IMG/VR virus record: IMGVR_UViG_3300017987_004445 | Location: 1-60,010 of that record | Strand: one strand, 5' to 3' | Length of the DNA stretch: 60,010 nt | DNA from: a virus | Taxonomy: Duplodnaviria > Caudoviricetes | Shown here: in pieces, positions 36,805 through 45,832 of the stretch | Layout: each line of letters starts with the position of its first letter | How positions within the stretch are numbered: position 1 is the first letter of the stretch | Program-made: the position numbers and the translations under genes | Notes under the pieces: model-generated | Told to the model about the DNA's origin: nothing | Seen by the model: the letters and a program-made list of their open reading frames with translations, nothing else | Database searches by the model: none

Positions 36805-37530
36805 ATGAGCACTAAATCTCTTATTGATTACATTAAACCACGTGCTAAAGGCTGGAGCCGTAATTCAATCCTGTCCCTCATTCAAGAGGGGCAGGACATG
36901 TTTTTTGATTACGATTCGGCTTACATGCATTTTGTCTCTACCGACAATAAGGGATATCCGCCGTATTTGTTGACAACTGCCGATACCTATCGTTACAACG
37001 TCGTGAGCGCCAATCTGAGTGCAACTCTGACCAAAACCATTGGTGGAACGGATTATGATGTGCGATGCCGGGAAGTGGTTAGGGTTTTGGTTGACACGTC
37101 TGTTGACTATGATTACAATCGCACGTGGGTTGGGGAACCGTTTGTGTGGACATTCAGCAATCCATATCGCACCGACACTGACCGCACGATGATGGCGCAG
37201 ATACCTATTAATCAGAGTCCGGCATTGGAAGATACAAGTGCTTATATTGAGTTTTTGGAGGACCCGGGGACTTCTACTGAGATTTATTTTATAGATTTTT
37301 TGTGGGAGCCCCCGCGTCTCACCGCTGAGACCATTCCCCTTGTCGTGCCTAAATTGTATGAGATAGCTTTGAGGGATTATGTAATTGGCACAATTCAATT
37401 GGATGAGAATGGTAAGCAAAGCGACAGGCTTACAAAATTTGAGCAATATTGGATACCCAAGTTCAGAACTGAGGTTATTGCCAATACCCCGGGTTTTTCC
37501 ACAACGGATGCTGAAATAAGGCAATTCTAA
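36805..37530 (+). CDS. Head-tail adaptor-like protein
   Basis: Size and position; LIQEGQ...P.L....P.VP..Y..AL.DYV pattern. Confidence 0.6.
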   Translation: MSTKSLIDYIKPRAKGWSRNSILSLIQEGQDMFFDYDSAYMHFVSTDNKGYPPYLLTTADTYRYNVVSANLSATLTKTIGGTDYDVRCREVVRVLVDTSVDYDYNRTWVGEPFVWTFSNPYRTDTDRTMMAQIPINQSPALEDTSAYIEFLEDPGTSTEIYFIDFLWEPPRLTAETIPLVVPKLYEIALRDYVIGTIQLDENGKQSDRLTKFEQYWIPKFRTEVIANTPGFSTTDAEIRQF

Positions 37531-37532
37531 TC

Positions 37533-40112
37533 ATGAGAAATTTTGCACCTCAGACAGTGCAGTTCAATGAAAGAGCTGTAGGTCGAAGGCAGGGTGATTT
37601 TGACGGCGCTCCCGACTTTGGTGCTGGTGCGTTCAAGGACTTGCATGGAAGTGCTGTTCCTGCTAATGGCGTGCATCATAGTGAGAATTACAAGATATTT
37701 AATAAAAGATGTATCCCGCGTGACGGCACTCAGAAGTGGAGTGATACCCTGATTCCGAGCCTGAGAACCGGATATTCGGTCACAAAAAGCGGATATATTG
37801 TAACGGCTACAGTTGGTGCCAATTTTACGGTTGCCGATGTTGGCCGTTATATCAGATATGACGATGGAGCATTTGAGCGCATTGCCGCTGTTATAGATAC
37901 TACGCATGTTAGAGTTGAGGGCACAACCACTCATGCGGCTTCTACGGCTGCTGCGATATATGATAAGCCCAATGGCCATGAATTTCACTGGCGAAGACGC
38001 AAAATTGTTCTACACATTGGCGCGAGGCTGTTTGTTTCCAATACCGTAAACATCTATTCCTGGCAGCAGGCTTATCATGTAGGCACGACCGCGCTTTCAA
38101 ATAACCCCTCGATTTTTGAAGAGCGCGGGGATTGGATGTTCATTTTTAATTCCAACGGCATTTTTAAGATAAATCTCAATACCGATGACTACGTGTATTT
38201 CAAAACAAATTGTGATGTGCCCACGACTTTGATTACTGAAACAGCAGAAGACAAATACGCTTCAACTCCTCTGATTTACGGACGAAGATACAACTATGCA
38301 ATGGAGAGATTAACGGGAACGGACGTAACGAGACAGGCTACGGACAGCGATGTTACAGTAGAGCAGATTAGCGGCCCATGCTTTCCCAATGCCGATTTTA
38401 GGGATTACGGCGAAGTGTATACCGCGAGGCCGGTTGGTGACGGCAGCACATATTATGGCGTACTGACAGGCGGGTCCCTGGGTGCTAATTACGATACGGC
38501 TGCGGAATGGGCTGCGATAAATGATGGTGTTTTTGCCATTACCATAAACAGCACTGCGGTAAATGTTGAGTGTGATTTTAGCAAATGCGTGAGTATGGCA
38601 GATGTTGCTCAGGTGATCCAAGATGCTTTAAGGCAATATTTTTCAGAGGTGACGTGTGTATACGTCACGGACCATTTCGTAATTACATCTCCCACAGAAG
38701 ACGGAACAATAGGATACACGAGTGTTGGCGCTGGTGGTACGGACATAGGCGCTACGGCAATGAGCTGTGAAAGCGGAACTGGGACGCTTACGACCCCTGG
38801 ATATACGGCGGAAAGCACTATTGGAACCCTTACTTATCCCTCTGAAAACGGGCCTTGGACGCATTACAAAATAAATTGTACGCTGGATATTGGAGATAAT
38901 GGAGTTGACCCGAATACTGGTGAGGGCAACAACAAAGAGCTGTATATTTACAACAGGAGTCATCCCGTTGCCAAAGCCTTTGTTGCCAAGATTGAGTCCA
39001 ATGTTATCATAGCGAGTTCTGGAGCATTTGAGCAGACAGATGAAGGTGATACGTTTAAATTCCAGGACGGCACTGAGGTTACGATAGTTTCTTATACGGA
39101 TTCTACTCATGTGACCTGTTCTAATGCTGATGTGGCGGAACAGCCTGCGTGTCTCGGTGGTGGTGATGTAATGACCGCAAGTCAAAACGGGACTACGGTG
39201 ACAAGAACGGCTGGGCATACATTTGCTGCTGGAGATGTGGGAAAGATGCTTTTTTGGGGGAACGGCCAGATTACTGTGATCACTGCTTATACCAACGCAA
39301 ATTCGGTTGAGGCCACACCTCCTGCGGGCGCGGCATTCATACCAAATTGCGGCCTTACTTTAGACCCTGTTTCCAGAACATATCGAGATCGGGTGCGGGA
39401 CGAAACGCTCAGGCCTCGGGCTGCTGGCCTGTCACTCAAAAACAGATATCATTCGGCTATGCCTGATTGTGATGTTGGCAGTATTTGCGGAGGAATCATA
39501 ATTGGAGCAGTAAGGGGGTTGGAAAAAATCTATTACAGCCAAATACCGGAAGGGGATTTGGCTTATGCAGGATTTTATGACAGTTACAAGCAGGAAGCGA
39601 TTTTTAAGGACAGAATAGAGTGTTTTGCCAAATACAGAGATGATTTGGCTATTATTCAACGAAATCGAACAGATAGCGTGCCCATAAACACCTTTGCCAC
39701 CGACACCAGAAAATCTGTTGGTGAGGAAATACTTATACTTGCGGGGCAGAATGTTGTTGATGAGGAATTAGGATGCAAGGATTTTGGGCTTTTGAGGAAA
39801 ATAGGAAGAGATTTGTTTGAAATGATAAATCAGGATAGTGGTCTTAGACAGCTTGGATACAATGGTGGCCAATTACAATATAGCGACAACCTGGCAAAAA
39901 ACAGATATCACAAGGAATTCCAGAGGTTTATTGATGGGACCGGGACCAGCAGCTATGACCCGATTAATGGATATATGTGCTGGGCCTTTTACGAAGACAG
40001 CACAACTACTTTGGATTTGGGAGGAGTTTATCACTTGATAGATACACCTGATATTGGTGATGAATACGAAGACACTGACGATGAGGGTGATGAATATAGG
40101 GAGGTCATGTAA
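37533..40112 (+). CDS. Tail nozzle/stabilisation protein with inserted beta modules
   Basis: 859 aa; N-terminal ..EN...PRDG, repeated FTxxDVG modules, IYYS; follows adaptor. Confidence 0.6.
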   Translation: MRNFAPQTVQFNERAVGRRQGDFDGAPDFGAGAFKDLHGSAVPANGVHHSENYKIFNKRCIPRDGTQKWSDTLIPSLRTGYSVTKSGYIVTATVGANFTVADVGRYIRYDDGAFERIAAVIDTTHVRVEGTTTHAASTAAAIYDKPNGHEFHWRRRKIVLHIGARLFVSNTVNIYSWQQAYHVGTTALSNNPSIFEERGDWMFIFNSNGIFKINLNTDDYVYFKTNCDVPTTLITETAEDKYASTPLIYGRRYNYAMERLTGTDVTRQATDSDVTVEQISGPCFPNADFRDYGEVYTARPVGDGSTYYGVLTGGSLGANYDTAAEWAAINDGVFAITINSTAVNVECDFSKCVSMADVAQVIQDALRQYFSEVTCVYVTDHFVITSPTEDGTIGYTSVGAGGTDIGATAMSCESGTGTLTTPGYTAESTIGTLTYPSENGPWTHYKINCTLDIGDNGVDPNTGEGNNKELYIYNRSHPVAKAFVAKIESNVIIASSGAFEQTDEGDTFKFQDGTEVTIVSYTDSTHVTCSNADVAEQPACLGGGDVMTASQNGTTVTRTAGHTFAAGDVGKMLFWGNGQITVITAYTNANSVEATPPAGAAFIPNCGLTLDPVSRTYRDRVRDETLRPRAAGLSLKNRYHSAMPDCDVGSICGGIIIGAVRGLEKIYYSQIPEGDLAYAGFYDSYKQEAIFKDRIECFAKYRDDLAIIQRNRTDSVPINTFATDTRKSVGEEILILAGQNVVDEELGCKDFGLLRKIGRDLFEMINQDSGLRQLGYNGGQLQYSDNLAKNRYHKEFQRFIDGTGTSSYDPINGYMCWAFYEDSTTTLDLGGVYHLIDTPDIGDEYEDTDDEGDEYREVM

Positions 40113-41140
40113 TGGCAGAAATTGAATGTATGATTAGTGTCTATGAGGATACTACGGCTAATTTGGCTCTTGCTCTTACGGCTCGGGTTGCGGAAACCAC
40201 TTATGGCAGGGTTTTGTGGTATGACACTACATTGGATTCTTTGGTGTATATCAGGAGTGGCGCGACTGCTGCTGATTATCGTTATCCTCTCACATTAGAC
40301 AACAACTACGATTCCACTACTCAAATTCGGCGTTTGACCATGAACACTGCGGGTTGGATTGGGCTCGGGAATGCTGCTGCAAGGGTTGTCTTTACTGATG
40401 CGGCCACGGATTCCATTGAGATGGAGGATTGCGCGTTTCATTTCAATCCCGACAACGACGACTTTGATTTTAGACTCGATGGAGACAACAACGACAATGT
40501 TTTTTATTTGGATGCGGGAAACGACAGGATTGGGGTGGGTATATCCACACCGGATACTTTGTTGCATCTATGGAATGCCACGGCGGGCGCGGTAGCTGCC
40601 ACTGCTGGCAGTATATTGACTATAGAAAACAACAGTAGCGCCTATATTCAGTTTTTAACAACAGCAAGTGATGCACAGGGTATCTATTTTGGGGATGCCG
40701 CCTCTGCAACCGCTGCATATATTCTCTACAACCACGGTACTGGCAATTTGGCGTTGTATGCTGAAGATGACATTTATTTGTATGCGGCTGGAGCCACAAG
40801 CAATTACATCCACCTTGAGGAGGCAAGCGACAACTGCTACGTGGGTGGCATGTATTTTACCGTGGACAACACCAATGGAGATGGGCCAACACAAACGGCG
40901 ATGGCAAATTTTTTACAAAACAACGCAACCTTTGCCAAATCCGTTATGTTGCTTGAGCAGGCCGATGAAGACCAGCCTATTTTTGATTTTGATACCAACA
41001 ATCTCACAACTGATGATGTTACGTGGTCAAGTGATCACGTGGGTTCTGCAAATATTGGTGCAATTTTGGTGAGATATCGTGGTGCAGCCGGGGCATGGCT
41101 AGAGGGAAGAGTAAGAATATACAGTAATGATACGGCTTAA
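40112..41140 (+). CDS. Tail fibre-like protein
   Basis: DAGNDRIGVGISTPDTLLH fibre repeat. Confidence 0.6.
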   Translation: MAEIECMISVYEDTTANLALALTARVAETTYGRVLWYDTTLDSLVYIRSGATAADYRYPLTLDNNYDSTTQIRRLTMNTAGWIGLGNAAARVVFTDAATDSIEMEDCAFHFNPDNDDFDFRLDGDNNDNVFYLDAGNDRIGVGISTPDTLLHLWNATAGAVAATAGSILTIENNSSAYIQFLTTASDAQGIYFGDAASATAAYILYNHGTGNLALYAEDDIYLYAAGATSNYIHLEEASDNCYVGGMYFTVDNTNGDGPTQTAMANFLQNNATFAKSVMLLEQADEDQPIFDFDTNNLTTDDVTWSSDHVGSANIGAILVRYRGAAGAWLEGRVRIYSNDTA

Positions 41141-41171
41141 CACAAAAAGCCCTTAAGGGCAAGGAGGTTTT

Positions 41172-41642
41172 ATGTCTAACTACACAACAATAACTCTTTC
41201 TGATGCTAACATCTCGATTCAAGGGAAGCCCTTGGCTAAAGAAAGAGAGAAAGAGATCAAAAGACAGAAGATGCTTAAATCCAGTGATAGCGATATTACT
41301 CAGGACGACATAGAATCTTTTGTTGAAGGAGCCATACCCTCCAAAAGGGAAGCGGAAAAGACGCTTTTGGTTGAGCTTGTTTCTGTCCAGCTTAAATCTG
41401 CAAAGATAAGCAAGTACAACAAACTATGTGATCTTGCCGCACAGATTGAAGATGCTGACGACAAGGTGGAAATTGACAATGAGGATTTGCAGGATTTACG
41501 GGAAGCCTTTGAAAAAACAGCGGAAGGCAAAGACGGTAAAGGCAGGCCCATTGGATGGAGGTATTGCCGTGAGCTGTTGAAGCAGATAGAGAAACCCAAA
41601 GAGGAAGAAAAACCAAAGGATGCCGACAACAAAGACAAATAA
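41172..41642 (+). CDS. Hypothetical protein (possible fibre chaperone)
   Basis: AAGGAGG RBS; charged and helical. Confidence 0.65.
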   Translation: MSNYTTITLSDANISIQGKPLAKEREKEIKRQKMLKSSDSDITQDDIESFVEGAIPSKREAEKTLLVELVSVQLKSAKISKYNKLCDLAAQIEDADDKVEIDNEDLQDLREAFEKTAEGKDGKGRPIGWRYCRELLKQIEKPKEEEKPKDADNKDK

Positions 41643-42708
41643 AAGCTACAGGCATGGCGTATATCCCGAAGACCAGGGTGTAGGGATAATAGAGAATACG
41701 GGTACTGCATGGGTAAAACCCTGGAGCCGTGTTGGTGGGCTTACTATTCAGGACAGCAAAGGCGAGATAAGCACGCTTATTCTCGATTTTGCCAGTGGGT
41801 ATTATTACAACATCACGACCAGAGACGGCCCATACGGAAGCGGGATAGAGGCTGCGGTCAAGGACAAGATGACCACGGCCGGAGCAGGGGGAACCAATGT
41901 GGCTTCGAGTATTACTCTGCGCGAGGATCGGGCATCCCTTGAGGCCAATACCTTACGGGATAAAATCACACATGTTTATCTTCGGCCCAAAAGTGAAGCA
42001 GATGGATATGATGCGGACTTGGAGGTTGACCTGGATATCTATGTTGACGGGGAGCCTACTACGGCAAGTGCCCATGCGGAAGACATCCCCCTGAATGGCG
42101 ATATTGCATATGATAAGGTTGTCGAGGGCCATCGGCTTCAGCGCAAAATAAGCACTAATTTGGGCAAGCACTTATTGGTTGGCATAGACGTTGAAGAGGT
42201 ATCTAGAGATATTCCGGCGGAGCCCGCTGATTTGGAGTTGACTGAAGACGATTATCAGGAAGAATTTGCTGAACCCGATCTCTGGGCCGTATTAAACAGT
42301 GTCGGGAATACGATTAACAGGGTTACGGGTTCAGCAATTAGTATAACATATACGGCTGCAACCGGTCCCGATGATCAGACTTCGGGTATGACAATAGCTG
42401 CGGCAACAACCTTAAGTAGTACCACGTTGACCGGAAGTGGGACCTTGCTGATTTGGCACAATGGGGCAATAACTGTAACCATAGGCGGAGTGGCAATCGT
42501 CTTAACAACTCATGATACTTCCGGTAGCTGGACACTTTCTTATGCAAACACTTTGACGGCAAGCGGAAGCTTGGTGATAACACCTACGACTACAGCCATA
42601 ATTTCTGATATTAGAACATATGATAGTGCGATTACTGCGGCGGCGCGTGGGTATTATTATGACGATGTTGTGGATAATGATGGTGGAATAATGATTCCGA
42701 GGGACTAA
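41620..42708 (+). CDS. Virion structural protein (nozzle C-terminal-like plus LamG-like part)
   Basis: Thr/Gly-rich beta protein; ISDIRTYDSA ending. Confidence 0.5.
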   Translation: MPTTKTNKSYRHGVYPEDQGVGIIENTGTAWVKPWSRVGGLTIQDSKGEISTLILDFASGYYYNITTRDGPYGSGIEAAVKDKMTTAGAGGTNVASSITLREDRASLEANTLRDKITHVYLRPKSEADGYDADLEVDLDIYVDGEPTTASAHAEDIPLNGDIAYDKVVEGHRLQRKISTNLGKHLLVGIDVEEVSRDIPAEPADLELTEDDYQEEFAEPDLWAVLNSVGNTINRVTGSAISITYTAATGPDDQTSGMTIAAATTLSSTTLTGSGTLLIWHNGAITVTIGGVAIVLTTHDTSGSWTLSYANTLTASGSLVITPTTTAIISDIRTYDSAITAAARGYYYDDVVDNDGGIMIPRD

Positions 42709-45569
42709 TGAATATTACGGATTCCAAAGCCCCGGTTGACACGAAGATGGCCATAGACCAGTTGTGGGCTGACCGCAATCGGACTTTTGCTACTTTGGAG
42801 CAGCTCAAGATAGATGGCGGCAGAGAAAGCATGCGAGACCTCTTTAGCGTTAGCCCGCCTTTGACTTATGAGCAGAAGAAAGGCGTTTTGGGGTTGGCCT
42901 ATACCAATAATCTCAGGCTTAAAAATGATCGGCTAGATACCATACAAGACATTACCAAAACTTCCATTCCACAATTCCGGGGCTTGACCCTTACCACCAA
43001 GGGAACGGCCTTGGATTGTACGCTTACAATAACTGGTGGCGAGGCCAAAGATGCTATCATAAACTTTAATTCTGATGAAGGTGACGATGATGCCGACCAT
43101 TGGAGATTGAGGTGTCAAGCAGCGGATATAATGTCTTTTGAAGAATATTCTACTGGGGCATGGACAACTATTATCGAGATAGAGGATACTGGGATACAGT
43201 TAATCGATGGCAGTGACGGGAGCCCAAGCTATTCGTTTATAAATGATACTGATACTGGAATGTATCATGAGGCTGCCAATACCATAGGCTTTGCCTGTAA
43301 TGGAGGCTTGGTTCTGACAATTAGCAACACGGCAATTACTTTTGTTGGCATAGATTTAGACTTGGATGGAAACGATCTTATTCTGGATGCGGATGGGGAC
43401 AGTTATCTGCATGCTTCTGCTGACGATGTGGTTGATTTTGTGCTGGCAACGGCAACCGGAGAGCTTGGAATTACCATTAACGGAGCAGAAGACTTTACAT
43501 TTACAGCCAATAGTTTTAACGTACTTGCTGGCTCTTATATAACAATGGGAGATGATACTTGGATAGGTCTTGCTGTTGCTGGCGGTAGAATAGTTTTCGA
43601 TTCAACACCAGCAACAGACGATATAAGTTTTTTGGATTGTTATGTTGGCATAGGTACAAATGCACCAACACGACATCTTCAGTTATACGATTCTGGCACT
43701 GGAACGGTTGTAGCTGAGTTTACAAATGCTACAACGGGGGCAACACAAAACGATGGCGCGATTGTTGGTATTGACAGTAATGAGGCGGCTTTGTTTTGGC
43801 AGTATGAAAACGACTACATGTATTTTGGCACGAACAATACCGAAAGATTTAGAATTCATGCTGATGGGGATGCCAGTTTTGTTGGAGATTTTATAATTGG
43901 GGCCGCTGCCGGAACCAATCCGGCCTCGATGCTCGAAATCTACGATGCTACAGCCCATCCGGTATTGACCATTACGGCGGCACATGCAACAGCGTATGAC
44001 CCACAAATCCAATTCCGAACCGACGACCCGCCTGCAGTAAAATGGTCGCTGGGTGTTGATGGAACTGATGACAATTTTGTGATAGACTACGACACTGGCG
44101 TAGGTGCGGCTGCGCCTAGCTTGGAGATTAATACATCACAGAATTTTGGGATAAATAAGGCACCGGAGACAACTGGAAAATTTTCTGTAGGTGGAGCACT
44201 TCATTGCCACAAAGAATCGAATGCGTTTGACACTACTTCCAATTATACCGCTTTTGTGATAGGGGAATTGGATGGGGCAAGTGCCAACAATGGTGGTTTA
44301 TATGCTATTGGAAGATATGATAGAACTACAGAGCCCTTTACTGCGCTTTGCGGCTGGGATAGCGGAACATGGCGTGTGTTATACTTTGGGGGTGGTGGCT
44401 GGCAAGTACCTGATGCAAATTTTACACGATTTTACAGTGCCGCTGTTTATAACGAAACCAACAATGCTGGCATTGAAAGAATGCGAGTTGAGGCTGATGG
44501 TCATGTTATTATCGGTGTTGGTAATGTTGCAATCAATAATGTGCAAGGTAAAAAACTTCAGGTAGTTGATGATGCAGATGCGGCTGGATTGAACGAAGTG
44601 CTATGGTTAAGCGGGGGAAGTAACGCGGCTAATTCTGGGCCATCTATTGTTTTCCATGACTATTATGGGAACAACAATTATCCCACCTGGCAGCTTGCAG
44701 AGATCGGGGCCGTGTATCAAGGGTCTGCGTGGCGGGGGGATTTGCTTTTTATCACTAACGATGGCACAAACGCTACGAGTGTAACAGAAAAATGGCGTAT
44801 TACATACGATGGCCACCTACAGGCAAATTATGATGATGACTGGGTTTACGTTGGCGCTGGGCCAGACGCTGGAATGACATATTGCTCGGCTGGTGGTGGT
44901 CAGCAGAACATGGTATTTGACAGCCAGGTTGCGGGATCAGGAGACTTTTCCTTTATCAACGGAGATATGAAAATAGGAGGAGCCAATACCGATAACCCCG
45001 CTCATCGATTGCATGTTGTTGCCTCCGTGGCTTATGTTGCAACATTTGAAAGTACACTTGATGATGCAACTATTGGCCCAATAGTGAGATTGTATAGAGA
45101 GCGCACAGGGGCAGATAATGACGTGATAGGGTGCCTGGAATTTACCGGAAAGGATGATGGTGGCGGCACAGAGAATTATGGACGTTTTTTTGTAGAAATA
45201 GATGACGCTTCGGCAGGCACTGAGGACAGTAGCTTTCATTGGCAGACACGTGCAGGTGGGGCAGACAATGAGGCAATGTATTTGACCAGCACAGGTGCGC
45301 TGTACGTGGATGATGATGGGCCTGGTGTAAATGTTGCCGTTGTGGAAAGGTATGATGATCATAATGACCCCAAGGAATTGCAACGAATAGTGAGTGACTT
45401 AGACAGGCAGCGTGGTGTTGATTTAGGGATCTATGAAAAACGAAATGGGAGATATAAGAGAAACGTGAGAGCGTTTGAGAACCTTCTTGCTGGTGGCGTG
45501 TATCAACTTTACCAGAAAATCAATGAGATGCAGAACAGAATAGAGCAATTGGAGGCACAAATCGCATGA
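42708..45569 (+). CDS. Long tail fibre / receptor-binding protein
   Basis: PSYSF..DTDTG, repeated GIGT..P...L and ERxRI units, C-terminal coiled coil. Confidence 0.8.
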   Translation: MNITDSKAPVDTKMAIDQLWADRNRTFATLEQLKIDGGRESMRDLFSVSPPLTYEQKKGVLGLAYTNNLRLKNDRLDTIQDITKTSIPQFRGLTLTTKGTALDCTLTITGGEAKDAIINFNSDEGDDDADHWRLRCQAADIMSFEEYSTGAWTTIIEIEDTGIQLIDGSDGSPSYSFINDTDTGMYHEAANTIGFACNGGLVLTISNTAITFVGIDLDLDGNDLILDADGDSYLHASADDVVDFVLATATGELGITINGAEDFTFTANSFNVLAGSYITMGDDTWIGLAVAGGRIVFDSTPATDDISFLDCYVGIGTNAPTRHLQLYDSGTGTVVAEFTNATTGATQNDGAIVGIDSNEAALFWQYENDYMYFGTNNTERFRIHADGDASFVGDFIIGAAAGTNPASMLEIYDATAHPVLTITAAHATAYDPQIQFRTDDPPAVKWSLGVDGTDDNFVIDYDTGVGAAAPSLEINTSQNFGINKAPETTGKFSVGGALHCHKESNAFDTTSNYTAFVIGELDGASANNGGLYAIGRYDRTTEPFTALCGWDSGTWRVLYFGGGGWQVPDANFTRFYSAAVYNETNNAGIERMRVEADGHVIIGVGNVAINNVQGKKLQVVDDADAAGLNEVLWLSGGSNAANSGPSIVFHDYYGNNNYPTWQLAEIGAVYQGSAWRGDLLFITNDGTNATSVTEKWRITYDGHLQANYDDDWVYVGAGPDAGMTYCSAGGGQQNMVFDSQVAGSGDFSFINGDMKIGGANTDNPAHRLHVVASVAYVATFESTLDDATIGPIVRLYRERTGADNDVIGCLEFTGKDDGGGTENYGRFFVEIDDASAGTEDSSFHWQTRAGGADNEAMYLTSTGALYVDDDGPGVNVAVVERYDDHNDPKELQRIVSDLDRQRGVDLGIYEKRNGRYKRNVRAFENLLAGGVYQLYQKINEMQNRIEQLEAQIA

Positions 45570-45826
45570 AAGCCCGACAACAGACCCCAGCGGAAACCAA
45601 AGAGTTTTATTTTGGTAGAATTTTAATTGATGGGCTCCAGGTGACTTTCCAAAAGGGGGAATTCGGCAACTACGTGCACGAACTGACCGAGGCACAGTAT
45701 GGCAAACTCTGTACCCAGATTCGCGCCCTTGCAAATAGCGATCCTGATATCGTGGCAGACTCGCTTGAGATGCCAACATATCAGGACCTTTACGATAAAT
45801 TACATCCGTCTGAATTACAGGAGTAG
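45566..45826 (+). CDS. Small fibre-associated protein
   Basis: ATGA coupling, GGAGG RBS. Confidence 0.6.
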   Translation: MKARQQTPAETKEFYFGRILIDGLQVTFQKGEFGNYVHELTEAQYGKLCTQIRALANSDPDIVADSLEMPTYQDLYDKLHPSELQE

Positions 45827-45832
45827 GATATT

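Noticed and set aside
42708-45569. Diversity-generating retroelement targeting the tail fibre
   Set aside because: No reverse transcriptase and no TR/VR pair noticed
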